Assembly (NCBI GenBank): GCA_946639585.1
Contig: CAMPBS010000002.1
Span: 16,994 to 80,993, forward strand
Direction of reading: 5' to 3'
DNA from: an uncultured Clostridium sp.
GTDB taxonomy: Bacteria; Bacillota; Clostridia; TANB77; CAG-508
DNA length: 64,000 nt
Within the stretch, counting starts at the first letter, position 1. Each line of letters starts with the position of its first letter. Below the pieces are notes generated by a model. That model saw nothing but the letters and a program-made list of their open reading frames with translations. It was not told where the DNA came from and searched no databases. Positions 28,995 through 41,527 of the stretch are shown here, one piece after another. A program made the position numbers and the translations under genes.

Positions 28995-29801
28995 ATGAAA
29001 AAATATTTAAATAAAAATATCATAATGGGAATTTTAGCAGTTCTAATATTTTCTTTAAGCATGACAATGCTAAATTCTAGTAAAACACAGGAGACATCAA
29101 GTTCAGCATTAAGCAATGAACTAATAGGTTGGGGAATAAAAAGGGCAAACAATCATGAGCAGCCAGATGTAGGAAAGAAAAACAAAAAATTATTAGACGA
29201 AGCAGATGGAATATGTTTAGGAAACAAAGATAAAAAAATAATATATTTAACATTTGATAACGGCTACGAAGCGGGCTACACAAGCAAAATCCTAGAGGCA
29301 CTTAAGAATAATAATGTTCAAGCAACATTTTTCATAACAGCACATTATTTAAATACACAACCAGAATTAGTAAAGCAAATGATAGACGATGGGCATATTG
29401 TAGGCAACCATACTGTTAATCACAAGAGTATGCCAAGTTTAAGTGATGATCAAATTAAAAAGGAAGTAATGGATTTACATCAAGCAATAAAATCAAAACT
29501 TAATTATGAAATGAAATACATTAGACCGCCAAAAGGAGAATACAGTGAACGAACTCTAAGCGTGTGTAACTCTTTAGGTTACAAATCTGTAATGTGGTCA
29601 TTTGCTTATGCAGATTGGGAAGAGAATAAACAGCCAGAAGAAAACAAAGCAAAAGAAATGATTTTGAATAATCTTCATAATGGAGAAATAATGCTACTAC
29701 ATGGTACCTCCAAAACAAATGCAAATATTTTAGATAGTGTAATAAAAGAAATAAAGGCACAAGGTTATGAGATAAAAGCCATTAGCGAATTTGAAAAATA
29801 A
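28995..29801 (+). CDS. pdaA: polysaccharide deacetylase family protein (PdaA-like, sporulation-associated)
   Basis: It has NodB-domain motifs (TFDNGY...HTVNH). The GGAGG RBS supports the ATG at 28995. Confidence 0.75.
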   Translation: MKKYLNKNIIMGILAVLIFSLSMTMLNSSKTQETSSSALSNELIGWGIKRANNHEQPDVGKKNKKLLDEADGICLGNKDKKIIYLTFDNGYEAGYTSKILEALKNNNVQATFFITAHYLNTQPELVKQMIDDGHIVGNHTVNHKSMPSLSDDQIKKEVMDLHQAIKSKLNYEMKYIRPPKGEYSERTLSVCNSLGYKSVMWSFAYADWEENKQPEENKAKEMILNNLHNGEIMLLHGTSKTNANILDSVIKEIKAQGYEIKAISEFEK

Positions 29802-29843
29802 TTGGAGAGTTTCGGTGTTAAAATGCAAATGGAAGGGGAAAAA

Positions 29844-30122
29844 ATGAAGAAAAAAGGAATGAAAAAGCTTAATAGAATGTTAGAAATGCCGCAAGAAGTT
29901 TATACCAATGTACCCAAGTTTACAATCACAGGGTTTCAAGAGCTTGTAATAGAAAATTACAAAGGAATTTTAGAATATGAAAACTTCTTCGTAAGAATAA
30001 GCACACATATTGGAATTGTAAATATAAATGGTTTGAACTTGAATTTAGAAACAATGACAAATGATGACATTAGAGTAACAGGGAAAATTGAAAGCGTTGA
30101 ACTTGAAAGAGTCATAGACTAA
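29844..30122 (+). CDS. yqfC: sporulation protein YqfC (YabP family)
   Basis: It is about 92 aa with a YabP-like pattern and is followed by yqfD as in Bacillus. Confidence 0.65.
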   Translation: MKKKGMKKLNRMLEMPQEVYTNVPKFTITGFQELVIENYKGILEYENFFVRISTHIGIVNINGLNLNLETMTNDDIRVTGKIESVELERVID

Positions 30123-30130
30123 AAACTTTT

Positions 30131-30190
30131 TAGGACACTCCCCAAAAACCAGGTTTTAAGTCTGAACCTTGCTTTTAGGGAGCGTCCCCC
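30131..30190. repeat. palindromic element AGGACACTCCCCAAAAA-N-TTTTAGGGAGCGTCCC (copy D)
   Basis: It is related to copy B and lies between yqfC and yqfD. Confidence 0.6.
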
Positions 30191-30228
30191 CAATGCGCCC
30201 CAATGCGTTAAAGTTAGGAGAGAAAATT

Positions 30229-31413
30229 ATGTTTTTTAGAATATTGATAAACTTTATAATTGGATATGTTCGAGTTGCAGTTGAAGGATATTATATTGAA
30301 AGATTTATTAATATTTGTAAAAATGAAAAAATAGCAGTATGGAATTTAAAAAGAAATAATGACGTGAAATTGTTCTTGAATGTAGGATTGAAAGATTATA
30401 GAAGAATACTAAAAGTTGCTAAAAAAACAAAATGTAAAGTGAAAATTCAAAGAAAAAGAGGAGTTCCATTTGTACTAAATAGATATAAAAAAAGAAAGAT
30501 ATTTGGAATTCTTTTGATGCTCTTAATTGCAACAACAATTTTTAGCTCTAATTTTATTTGGAATATAGAAGTACGAGTTGAGAATGATGAAAAAGTTGAT
30601 AACATTGTTCAAGATTTAGAAGAAATGGGATTAAAAACAGGAGAATGGAAAAGCAAGGTTAATATAAAAGATGTAATAAGCAAAGTAAGATTAAAAAGAC
30701 AAGATATTGCATGGATGGGAATTGAATTAAAAGGTACAAATGCAATTGTAAAAATTGCTAAAGCAAAGGAAAAACCACAAATTTTAGATGAGAACGAATA
30801 TTGTAATATTGTTTCTGATAAAACTGGAGTTATTACAAAAATAAGTGCTCAAAATGGAACAGCTGTGGTAAAAGTAGGTGATACAATTACAAAAGGAACT
30901 CCATTAATAAATGGTTGGTTAGAAGGAAAATATACAGGGTTAAGATATGTTCATGCAAAAGGTGAGATTGAGGCGAAAGTATGGCATACTAGAAGTACTA
31001 AAGTGGAGTGTAACCAAGTGATAAAAGAAGGTACTGGAAACGAGGAAAATAAATATTCAATAAAATTTAATAATTTTAAAATAAATTTACAAAAAAAGCT
31101 TTCCAAATTTGAAATTTATGATACAATAACATCAGAAAACAAATTAAAAATATTTTCAGATTTCTATTTACCAATCGCGATTGAAAAAACAACATATAAA
31201 GAACAAAAAGAAAAAAATATTACATACACCCCAGAAGAAGCTAAAAACATAGGGATTGTACAATTGCAAAAAGAATTAGACGGGGAAATAGAAAATAAGG
31301 AAAATATAGTGAATAAAAATATAAATTTCTATGAAAGGCCAGAAGCCGTAGAGGTTTATGTTACATATGAAGTACTTGAAAATGTTGGCACAGAGGAAAA
31401 AATTGTATTTTAG
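30229..31413 (+). CDS. yqfD: sporulation protein YqfD
   Basis: The size, a central TM helix and its position after yqfC fit YqfD. The AGGAGAG RBS supports the ATG at 30229. Confidence 0.7.
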   Translation: MFFRILINFIIGYVRVAVEGYYIERFINICKNEKIAVWNLKRNNDVKLFLNVGLKDYRRILKVAKKTKCKVKIQRKRGVPFVLNRYKKRKIFGILLMLLIATTIFSSNFIWNIEVRVENDEKVDNIVQDLEEMGLKTGEWKSKVNIKDVISKVRLKRQDIAWMGIELKGTNAIVKIAKAKEKPQILDENEYCNIVSDKTGVITKISAQNGTAVVKVGDTITKGTPLINGWLEGKYTGLRYVHAKGEIEAKVWHTRSTKVECNQVIKEGTGNEENKYSIKFNNFKINLQKKLSKFEIYDTITSENKLKIFSDFYLPIAIEKTTYKEQKEKNITYTPEEAKNIGIVQLQKELDGEIENKENIVNKNINFYERPEAVEVYVTYEVLENVGTEEKIVF

Positions 31414-31418
31414 AGAGG

Positions 31419-32648
31419 ATGATGCAAATGGAAGAAAGAAGCTTGAGAATTACAGGAACAGATAAAAATTTTTTCGGAAGAATATCAACAAAATTATCTG
31501 CAATGTTAATCCCAACAAAAGTGGGAATTAACAGCATGCTTATTTCAATGAAAAGAACATCAGTCATGAAAGCTTTTGAGAATTATTCAAAAGATAATAA
31601 GGACTATGATTCAGAAGAACAAGAGAAAAAATTTGAAAATTCTTATACACTATATTTAGAGGCATTAGACAAATATGTTATGGATTCAATCTACAAAAAA
31701 GTCAGAAATGGTTCAGCCACAGAATTTGAAAAAAATGCATTATCAAAATATTATGAAGTTACAAGTTTAAAAGAAAATGAATACATGGAATATAAATATA
31801 GAAAACAAAAATATCTATTAGACTTGGATTATGAAAGTGTTAAAACGAATGGAAAAGAGAAACTAAAGAAAAGATATAATGACTTTTATGTGAGCAAAAT
31901 GGATTCAATATATAAAGCAATTTTAAAAAACTATTCTATAAAACTTGCAAATACAAGTAGTATATATGATTCAAACAAAGAATGGATATATAATAAAATC
32001 TTTTATACTTTAGAAGACTATATTCAAAACATCTTATCAATAAAAATTCAAAATAATATAGACAACAAACAAGATATGAAAGAAGAATATGAGAGATATG
32101 AAAACTACGCAATAGGAAAGCTAGATTCTAGAGATAATATAGAAAAGAATAAAGTTGTTTTAGGAATAAGTAGAAAACTATTTACTCATAGTTTACCACT
32201 AGTTGTTGCAGAACAATGTTACGAAAAACTATTAAAAGATGCAAGAAGTTTAGTACAAGATACAAAAATAGCCACAAAAAGGGAAAAAGCTTTTATTACA
32301 TTAATAAATTTAATCGAAGATTATAATGTGAAATTGCTATCAACAAAAGTATATTGGGATGACCCAGCAAAAAGAGATAGCTTTAAAGCATTTTGGGACA
32401 AGTATAAAGTAATTTCAAAGCTTAGAGAAACTAAACCAAAAGAATATAAAAAGCAAAAGGAAATACTATTCTTAAGAAGAGATTTGAAAAGCATTGAGAA
32501 TACTCCTATAGACTATTCTCAAATAACAAAATATTATAAAAGAAAATTGGTTGATTACGGGGCAATAAGAGAAATACAAAACAAATGCAAAACATTAAAT
32601 GGAAAATTCTTAAAAATAAGGAGCAATGAAATAGAATGTTTGAACTAA
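31419..32648 (+). CDS. hypothetical Lys/Tyr-rich protein
   Basis: It is a long ORF with a consistent codon bias and no recognisable domain. Confidence 0.5.
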   Translation: MMQMEERSLRITGTDKNFFGRISTKLSAMLIPTKVGINSMLISMKRTSVMKAFENYSKDNKDYDSEEQEKKFENSYTLYLEALDKYVMDSIYKKVRNGSATEFEKNALSKYYEVTSLKENEYMEYKYRKQKYLLDLDYESVKTNGKEKLKKRYNDFYVSKMDSIYKAILKNYSIKLANTSSIYDSNKEWIYNKIFYTLEDYIQNILSIKIQNNIDNKQDMKEEYERYENYAIGKLDSRDNIEKNKVVLGISRKLFTHSLPLVVAEQCYEKLLKDARSLVQDTKIATKREKAFITLINLIEDYNVKLLSTKVYWDDPAKRDSFKAFWDKYKVISKLRETKPKEYKKQKEILFLRRDLKSIENTPIDYSQITKYYKRKLVDYGAIREIQNKCKTLNGKFLKIRSNEIECLN

Positions 32649-33109
32649 CATACTTGGATTTAGAAGAAAACAAAGAATATTTAGAAATAATAGACGAAGT
32701 TCTAAAAGAATGTTATAGGGAAGAAAAACTAGAAAATTCAAAGTTAACAATACAAATTACTTTGACAACACCTGAAAACATTAGAAAGCTAAACAAAGAA
32801 TATAGGAATATAGATAAAGAAACTGATGTGCTTTCATTCCCAATGTTTGAAAAAGAGGAAATAGACTTAAAAGTTAAAAATCAAGATTTTCCTTATGAAG
32901 ATATCCTTGGAGATATGGTTATTTCAATCCCAAGAGTTGAAGAACAAGCAAAAGAATATGGACATAGCTTTAAAAGAGAACTTAGTTACATGGTAGTACA
33001 TAGTTTTTATCACTTGATGGGGTATGATCATATGGAAGAAAATGACAAAAAACTTATGAGACAAAAAGAAGATGTTATTTTAAACAGACTAAATATAACT
33101 AGAGATTAA
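32636..33109 (+). CDS. ybeY: rRNA maturation RNase YbeY
   Basis: It carries the zinc-binding motif HSFYHLMGYDH. Confidence 0.85.
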   Translation: MFELTYLDLEENKEYLEIIDEVLKECYREEKLENSKLTIQITLTTPENIRKLNKEYRNIDKETDVLSFPMFEKEEIDLKVKNQDFPYEDILGDMVISIPRVEEQAKEYGHSFKRELSYMVVHSFYHLMGYDHMEENDKKLMRQKEDVILNRLNITRD

Positions 33110-33130
33110 TGAAGGGAGATTGAAAGTTAT

Positions 33131-34213
33131 ATGAGTAAAGGAAAAAGAACAAAAGCAAAGAAAAAAATGAAAAATAGTACAAAGTTTATAATATTACTTT
33201 TACTAATAATTGCAATTGCAGGGGGAATTTTGGCATATCAAATATTCACAGGAAATAATTCAACTTTAAACAATGAAGAAAATAAAGAAGTTGCAAGCGA
33301 GCCAGAGCCTGAACCAGAGCCAGAGCCAGCTAAACAAGTTCAAATATATAAAGGAAATGATAGACCAATAGCAGTTATGATAGACAACCATAATGGAGCA
33401 TGGCCACAAGCTGGTCTAAACAATGCATACATGGTTTATGAAATTATAGTTGAAGGCGGAGAAACAAGACTAATGGCATTATTTAAAGGACAAAACTTAG
33501 CTACAATAGGCCCAGTTAGAAGTTCAAGACATTATTTCTTAGATTATGCAATGGAAAATGATGCAATGTATGTTCATTATGGATGGAGCCCACAAGCTCA
33601 AAGTGATATTTCAAAATTTGGGATAAACAATATAAATGGTATAACAGAAAGTTCTGATATATTCTGGCGTTCCAAAGAAAAATCATCTCCACATAATGCA
33701 GTAACAAGTACAGAAAAAATTCTAAAAAGTGCAAATGCAAAAAAATATAGAACAACATCAACAAAAGAAAGTGTTTTAAATTATACAACAGACGAAGTTG
33801 AATTAACAAGTGAAACAGTTGCAAATAAAGTTGTAATACCACATTCTGATTTACAAAAAGTATCTTATGAATATGATGCAGAAAACAAAGTATATAAAAG
33901 ATATGCAAGAAATAAAGCACAAAACGATTGGACAACAGGAGAGGCAGTAAAAACAAAAAATATAATTATTACATTATGTGATAATTATACATTAAGCGAT
34001 GGAGAAAATAAAGGAAGACAAGGCTTAAAAAATATTGGTACATTTAATGGATATTATATTACAAATGGAAAGGCAATTAAAATACAATGTACAAAAAGCG
34101 ACAGAAGTAGTCAAACAGTTTATAAAGATTTAGATGGCAATATAATTAATGTAAATGATGGTAATACTTTCGTTCACATATGTCCAACTAGTGCTAAAAT
34201 ATCTTTTGAATAA
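33131..34213 (+). CDS. DUF3048 domain lipoprotein (YerB-like)
   Basis: A signal anchor and an EPEPEPEPEP linker are followed by the AVMIDNHNGAWPQAGL...YEIIVEGGETRLMALF pattern. Confidence 0.6.
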   Translation: MSKGKRTKAKKKMKNSTKFIILLLLIIAIAGGILAYQIFTGNNSTLNNEENKEVASEPEPEPEPEPAKQVQIYKGNDRPIAVMIDNHNGAWPQAGLNNAYMVYEIIVEGGETRLMALFKGQNLATIGPVRSSRHYFLDYAMENDAMYVHYGWSPQAQSDISKFGINNINGITESSDIFWRSKEKSSPHNAVTSTEKILKSANAKKYRTTSTKESVLNYTTDEVELTSETVANKVVIPHSDLQKVSYEYDAENKVYKRYARNKAQNDWTTGEAVKTKNIIITLCDNYTLSDGENKGRQGLKNIGTFNGYYITNGKAIKIQCTKSDRSSQTVYKDLDGNIINVNDGNTFVHICPTSAKISFE

Positions 34214-34234
34214 AAGGAAGGGAAATAAGTTAAA

Positions 34235-34570
34235 ATGAACGTTTATGATACAGCAAACAGATTAGCACAAGAGATAAAAACATCAGAAGAATATAATAAT
34301 TTTAAATTGGCAAAACAAGCTATTAACTTAAATAGCGCACTAAAAGCTCAAATAGATGAATTTGAAAAGGCAAGATATGAAGTTCAAATTACAGCTATGC
34401 AAACAGGAAAAAATGATGAAGAAGGCTTTAAAAAAGTTCAAGATATGTATGCAAAACTAATGGAAAATAATGATGCAAAAAAATTTTTCGAAGCAGAAAC
34501 AAAGTTTAACATTTTATTTGCAGATGTAAATAAAATAATTGGAGAAAGTGTTAGAGATTTAATGCAATAA
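34235..34570 (+). CDS. YlbF/YmcA-family regulator (UPF0342)
   Basis: It is a 111 aa helical protein with a characteristic N-terminal pattern. Confidence 0.65.
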   Translation: MNVYDTANRLAQEIKTSEEYNNFKLAKQAINLNSALKAQIDEFEKARYEVQITAMQTGKNDEEGFKKVQDMYAKLMENNDAKKFFEAETKFNILFADVNKIIGESVRDLMQ

Positions 34571-34633
34571 AAAATGTCGAAGTTTATCTAAGGTTTTTAA
34601 GTTTTTTAAATTTAGAAATTGGAGAGATAAACC

Positions 34634-35332
34634 ATGGAATTTATAATTATTGCAATAATTGTAGTTTTATTTTTAGGAATAGTAAAATCAATATTTGGAT
34701 TTGATTTAAAAGAAATAAAAAGTTTAGTTGAAAGCGAAAAAAGTAAAAAGCTAGATGAATTAACAAAAAAATATCCAGATAATAAAGAAATTTGTAAATG
34801 GTATTTGAAAAAATTAAATAATGAAAAAGTTGAGATTGAAGAAAATCAAGGCAAAGAAAACTGCCTATATATTGCAGTTACAAATAAAATATTAATTGCA
34901 AATGTAAGAGATAGCTATACAAGGATTCAAACTATAGCTCATGAGTGTTTACATTCTATACAAGGTAAGAAAATCTTGATGTCAAATTTCATCTTTTCAA
35001 ATATTTATTTACTTTATTTTGTAGTGATTTCTATACTCGCAATATTTAAGCTATTGCCATATAAAATGCTTTTTTTAGGAATTCTAATTTTTCTAAGCAT
35101 GGTCTATTTAGTGATTAGAAACTATTTAGAAAATGATGCAATGACAAAAGCAAGATATCTAGCAAAAGATTATATGGAAGAAGTTCAAATATCTACAAAA
35201 GAAGAAATAGAGGAGATAGTTTCAGAATTTGATAAAATAAACTTAATTGGAATAAGAGCAACAAATTTTCAATTATTTTTAAATACTTGCATTAAAATAG
35301 TTTTATTTTGCATTGTATGCGCATTATTCTAA
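34634..35332 (+). CDS. membrane protein with HExxH zinc-metallopeptidase-like motif
   Basis: TM helices flank an HECLH motif. Confidence 0.45.
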   Translation: MEFIIIAIIVVLFLGIVKSIFGFDLKEIKSLVESEKSKKLDELTKKYPDNKEICKWYLKKLNNEKVEIEENQGKENCLYIAVTNKILIANVRDSYTRIQTIAHECLHSIQGKKILMSNFIFSNIYLLYFVVISILAIFKLLPYKMLFLGILIFLSMVYLVIRNYLENDAMTKARYLAKDYMEEVQISTKEEIEEIVSEFDKINLIGIRATNFQLFLNTCIKIVLFCIVCALF

Positions 35333-35412
35333 AATATTTACAAAAAACAAAAAATGTGTTATAAATAAGTAAGGTTATTTATAACACATTTTTTAAAATT
35401 AGAGGTGAGAAG

Positions 35413-35997
35413 ATGCAAGTAAAAAATCCGCAATTTGAAGTATCAGCAGTTAGTCCAAAGCAATATCCTAAAAATAATCTTCCAGAAATAGTTTTGGTAG
35501 GTAAATCAAATGTTGGAAAATCAAGCTTTGTAAATACGATGATAAATAGAAAAAAGTTAGCAAGAACAAGTAGTGAACCAGGAAAAACACGTCAAATTAA
35601 CTTTTATAACATAGATGAAAAATTTTATTTTGTTGATTTACCAGGCTATGGTTATAGCAAAATGAGCAAAAAAGAACAAGAACAAGTAGGAAAATTTATC
35701 GAGGAATACTTATTTAATAGGAAAGAAATTTCTTTAATAATTTTTTTAGTAGATATAAGACATAATCCAACTGCAAATGATAAACTAATGTATAATTACA
35801 TAATTTCTGCAGGTTTGCCATTTATGATTCTAACAAACAAAGCAGATAAAATTGCAATTACAAAAGTTGAAGGAGAAGTAAAGAAAATTCAAAAAGAACT
35901 AAATCCAATAGGAGATGTGCCTACATTTGCATTTTCATCAGAAAGAAAAATATATAAAGATCAAGTGTGGGAAGAAATAGAAAAATATATAAATTAA
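35413..35997 (+). CDS. engB: ribosome biogenesis GTP-binding protein YsxC/EngB
   Basis: It has G1 (GKSNVGKSS) and G4 (NKAD) motifs. Confidence 0.9.
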   Translation: MQVKNPQFEVSAVSPKQYPKNNLPEIVLVGKSNVGKSSFVNTMINRKKLARTSSEPGKTRQINFYNIDEKFYFVDLPGYGYSKMSKKEQEQVGKFIEEYLFNRKEISLIIFLVDIRHNPTANDKLMYNYIISAGLPFMILTNKADKIAITKVEGEVKKIQKELNPIGDVPTFAFSSERKIYKDQVWEEIEKYIN

Positions 35998-36010
35998 GGG
36001 AGATTTTATT

Positions 36011-36406
36011 ATGGTAGAATTAAAAATAGTTTGGAAAGACACAAGAAGACCAATATTTGGGTTACCATTATCATTTACCAAATATAGATTATTAGAGGAT
36101 AAATTGTTAATAGATACAGGTTTTTTATCTACAAAGCAGGAAGAAATAAAACTATATAGAATAATGGACGTAACATTAAATCGTACATTTATACAAAGAA
36201 TATTTGGAGTGGGAACAATTCATTGCTGTTCAGCAGACAAAACAACTCCTGAATTCGATATAAAAGATATTAAAAAATCTTTTGAGGTTAAAGAAATGTT
36301 ATCAAAAATGGTAGAAGAACAAAGAGACAAAAAAAGAGTTTCTGGAAGAGAATTCTTTGCAAACCATGATGATGACGATGATTTAGATGATGATGATATA
36401 CATTAA
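36011..36406 (+). CDS. bacterial PH-domain (YdbS/YdbT-like) protein with poly-Asp tail
   Basis: The pattern and size fit the family, and the C-terminus is DDDDDLDDDD. Confidence 0.45.
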   Translation: MVELKIVWKDTRRPIFGLPLSFTKYRLLEDKLLIDTGFLSTKQEEIKLYRIMDVTLNRTFIQRIFGVGTIHCCSADKTTPEFDIKDIKKSFEVKEMLSKMVEEQRDKKRVSGREFFANHDDDDDLDDDDIH

Positions 36407-36518
36407 AAAAACAAGCACTTATAACAAAGTGCTTGTTTTTTTAAATTCACAAAAAATTCACAATTATTTTAGCAGATTAACTTGACAAGTGCTAAAAATG
36501 GGTATAATATATAACAAG

Positions 36519-36545
36519 TTAGCAGTCAAATTAAAAGAGTGCTAA
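36519..36545 (+). promoter_or_regulatory. CIRCE operator (HrcA binding site) upstream of hrcA
   Basis: TTAGCAGTC-N9-GAGTGCTAA matches the CIRCE consensus TTAGCACTC-N9-GAGTGCTAA. A TTGACA/TATAAT-like promoter lies upstream at about 36482-36508. Confidence 0.85.
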
Positions 36546-36569
36546 AAACGTACTGAAAGAGGTGAAATA

Positions 36570-37577
36570 ATGCTAGATGATAGAAAAAAGAGAGTTTTGC
36601 AAGCTATTGTAGAGGAATACATAAACACTGCAGAACCAGTAAGTTCAAATGCTTTAACCAAAAGCAATGGTTTAAATTATAGTAGTGCTACAATAAGAAA
36701 CGAGATGGCAGACCTAGAAAAGAAAGGCTATCTAGACAAAACACATACATCATCAGGTAGAATTCCATCTGAAAAAGGTTATAGGTACTATGTAGATGAA
36801 CTTATAAATGATAATGACATAAGTGTAGAAGAAATAAAATACATAAGTTCAAAATTAGAAACAAAAGTAAATGAAATTGAAGATTTAACAAAACTTACGG
36901 CAACAACAATTTCAGAAATAACACATTACACAACATTATCAATTGGACCTAAAAATGATGAGCAATTAATTGAAGAAATTAAATTTGTTCAATTAGGTAC
37001 AAGAATGTTAATGGCAGTAATTTTAACAGATAATGGTTTGGTAAAAGAAACAATTATAAAATTTGATGAAGACATTACAGCAAAACAAGTAGAAACAGTA
37101 AATTATATGTTTAATCAAAAGTTGAAGGGAAAGCCATTAGAAACAATAAAAGGTCCATTAGAAGAATACTTATTTGACGAAATGCAATATAGCGTAAATG
37201 TTATAAAACCTATAATTGAACAGATTAAAAAGGTATTGGCAGAAGATGAAAAAATCTATTTAGAAGGTGCAAATAAGTCTTTCGATTTGCCAGAATTTAA
37301 TAGTTTAGAAGTAGCCAAAAACTTCGTAAATGTGCTAGACACAAAAGAGCTTATGGAAGATATGCTAAACTCAGGATTTGCTCAAGACATAAATGTATAT
37401 ATCGGGCAAGAAAATGAAAAAGATGAGTTAAAAGATTTTAGTGTAGTTACATTTAAACATAAGGTGGGTAACAAAGATTTAGGAACAATAGGAATAATAG
37501 GACCCAAGAGAATGGATTATTCAAAGGTTATTTCTGTAATGAAATACATTAGTAAAAAACTAAATGATAATAACTAA
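36570..37577 (+). CDS. hrcA: heat-inducible transcription repressor HrcA
   Basis: It has the HrcA N-terminal wHTH and lies in the operon context. Confidence 0.9.
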   Translation: MLDDRKKRVLQAIVEEYINTAEPVSSNALTKSNGLNYSSATIRNEMADLEKKGYLDKTHTSSGRIPSEKGYRYYVDELINDNDISVEEIKYISSKLETKVNEIEDLTKLTATTISEITHYTTLSIGPKNDEQLIEEIKFVQLGTRMLMAVILTDNGLVKETIIKFDEDITAKQVETVNYMFNQKLKGKPLETIKGPLEEYLFDEMQYSVNVIKPIIEQIKKVLAEDEKIYLEGANKSFDLPEFNSLEVAKNFVNVLDTKELMEDMLNSGFAQDINVYIGQENEKDELKDFSVVTFKHKVGNKDLGTIGIIGPKRMDYSKVISVMKYISKKLNDNN

Positions 37578-37719
37578 TTTGATATATATTATTTTTTAAA
37601 TCCTTGGTGTCGCAACTTCCAGATTTTAAAATTGACTTATCTGTAAGTTGCTCCAGTCGCCCTGCGCTTCGCTTCGGTTGGTCGCTTACGCGGATTTTAA
37701 AAATAATATATATCAAATT
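37576..37719 (+). repeat. GC-rich structured intergenic repeat element, copy 2 of 3 (between hrcA and grpE)
   Basis: It has the same conserved core as copy 1, closed by a different, perfect 28 bp AT-rich inverted repeat. Confidence 0.8.
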
Positions 37720-37750
37720 ATCAATATAATTTATAGAAAAGGAGAAGAAG

Positions 37751-38251
37751 ATGTCAGAGAATAAAGAAGAAGTTAAAGAAGAAATGAAACAAGAAGAAGT
37801 ACAAACTGAAAAATCAGAGCTAGAGCTTAAACAAGAAGAACTAGACGATATAACAGATAGATATAAAAGAGTGCTAGCAGAGTTTGAAAATTTCAAGAAA
37901 AGAAGTAGCAAGGAAAGAGAAAGTTTATACAGTTCAATCCTTGGAGATGTAGTAGAAGCAATGCTTCCAGTAGTTGATAACTTAGAAAATGCAGCTAAAG
38001 TGGAAACACAAGATGAAAACTACAAAAAAGGTGTTGAAATGGTTTTAAAACAATTTAAAGATGTGCTTCAATCAAAAGGTGTTGAAGAAATCAAAACTGT
38101 TGGAGAAACATTCGACCCAAGCTTACACGAAGCAGTAAGCAGTATTCAAGATGAAAACTTAGGAGAAAAAGAAATTGCACAAGAATACAGAAAGGGCTAC
38201 AAGATTGGTAGTAAAGTTATTAGACATTCTATGGTAGTAGTAGCAAATTAA
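37751..38251 (+). CDS. grpE: nucleotide exchange factor GrpE
   Basis: It shows GrpE family similarity and lies in the operon context. Confidence 0.9.
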   Translation: MSENKEEVKEEMKQEEVQTEKSELELKQEELDDITDRYKRVLAEFENFKKRSSKERESLYSSILGDVVEAMLPVVDNLENAAKVETQDENYKKGVEMVLKQFKDVLQSKGVEEIKTVGETFDPSLHEAVSSIQDENLGEKEIAQEYRKGYKIGSKVIRHSMVVVAN

Positions 38252-38309
38252 AATAGTTATTAAATTTAAAAATATAAATTCGAGGTAACCCCTCAAAGAA
38301 AGGAAGTAA

Positions 38310-40160
<1,851 letters not shown>

Positions 40161-40162
40161 AA

Positions 40163-40200
40163 AAATGCCAAAAGGGCGTGGCCCTTTTGGCAGATTTTTG
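40163..40200 (+). terminator. intrinsic terminator after dnaK (probably attenuating)
   Basis: Hairpin gccaaaagggcgtggcccttttggc followed by a T-run. Confidence 0.6.
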
Positions 40201-40210
40201 GAGGAAGGAA

Positions 40211-41374
40211 ATGGCAGGAAAAAAAGATTATTACGAAATATTGGGTGTTAATAAATCTGCAACAGACGATGAGCTAAAAAAAGCATATCGTAAACTTGCA
40301 AAAAAATATCACCCAGATGCTAATCCAGATAATAAAGCAGAAGCGGAAGCAAAATTCAAAGAAGTAAATGAAGCTTATGAAGTGCTTTCTGATTCTCAAA
40401 AAAGAAAAATGTATGACCAATTTGGAACTGCAGACCCATCAGGATTTGGCGGAGGTCAAGGACCATTTGGCCAAGGTGGATATTATTCATATACAGGTGG
40501 TTCTGGATTTGATGGTTTTGGCGACTTTGGAGATTTAGGAGACATCTTTTCTTCATTCTTTGGTGGAGGATTTGGTTCAAGAGCAAGAAAACAAAGTAAT
40601 GGCCCACGCAAGGGTTCAGACATAAATTTACGTATGGATATCACTTTTGAAGAAGCATTTTTAGGAGTTGAAAAAGAAGTAGTTGTATCTAGAAATGAAC
40701 AATGTCCTAATTGCCATGGAACAGGTGCAAAACCAGGAACAAATCCTATGAAATGCCCTGAATGTAATGGAACAGGCCAAGTTCGTCAAGTTCAAAATAC
40801 AATATTAGGCCAAATGCAAACAACAAGAACATGTTCTGCATGTCATGGAACTGGAGAAATAATAAAAGAACCTTGCGAGACTTGTAAAGGCAAAGGAACA
40901 ATAAGAAAACAAGCAAAAATAAAAGTCAAAATTCCAGCTGGAATTGATGATGGCCAAACAGTAGTATTAAGAGGAGAAGGTGAGCCTGGTACTAAAGGTG
41001 GACCAAAAGGTGATTTATACATAACTGTAGGTGTTAAAAAACATAGCATATTCACAAGAAAAGGAAACAATGTGTTGTGTGAAATTCCAATAACAATAAC
41101 ACAAGCAACATTAGGTGCTGAGCTTGAAATTCCAATGGTAGATGGAAGCAAAGAAAAATACAAAATTGCAGAAGCAACACAAACAGGAAGTAAATTTACA
41201 ATAAGAAACAAAGGCTTCAAATATGTAAATTCAAATATGCAAGGAGATTTTGTATTCACAGTAGTAGTACAAACACCAAAAAAACTAACAAAAGAACAAA
41301 GGGACTTATTAACACAATTAGCGAAAACAATGAACGAACAACCACCGGTAAAGAAAAGGGGATTGTTTGGGTAA
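40211..41374 (+). CDS. dnaJ: molecular chaperone DnaJ
   Basis: It has a J domain (HPD), a G/F region and four CxxCxGxG zinc-finger repeats. Confidence 0.95.
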   Translation: MAGKKDYYEILGVNKSATDDELKKAYRKLAKKYHPDANPDNKAEAEAKFKEVNEAYEVLSDSQKRKMYDQFGTADPSGFGGGQGPFGQGGYYSYTGGSGFDGFGDFGDLGDIFSSFFGGGFGSRARKQSNGPRKGSDINLRMDITFEEAFLGVEKEVVVSRNEQCPNCHGTGAKPGTNPMKCPECNGTGQVRQVQNTILGQMQTTRTCSACHGTGEIIKEPCETCKGKGTIRKQAKIKVKIPAGIDDGQTVVLRGEGEPGTKGGPKGDLYITVGVKKHSIFTRKGNNVLCEIPITITQATLGAELEIPMVDGSKEKYKIAEATQTGSKFTIRNKGFKYVNSNMQGDFVFTVVVQTPKKLTKEQRDLLTQLAKTMNEQPPVKKRGLFG

Positions 41375-41381
41375 AATAAAA

Positions 41382-41412
41382 ACTCTGTATTTAAGCAAAA
41401 TACAGAGTTTTT
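41382..41412 (+). terminator. intrinsic terminator, member of the repeated AAAACTCTGTAT...ATACAGAGTTTTT hairpin family
   Basis: A near-identical hairpin recurs at 47114-47145 and a related one at 44322-44350. Confidence 0.65.
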
Positions 41413-41527
41413 GCTTATTTGAAAAAATTTTTAAATAACTACTTGACAGCGACCCCCAATTTATATATAATGCAAACATGCAAACATCAATTTGCAAAAC
41501 AAATATTTTTAAAAAGGATGTGGATAT

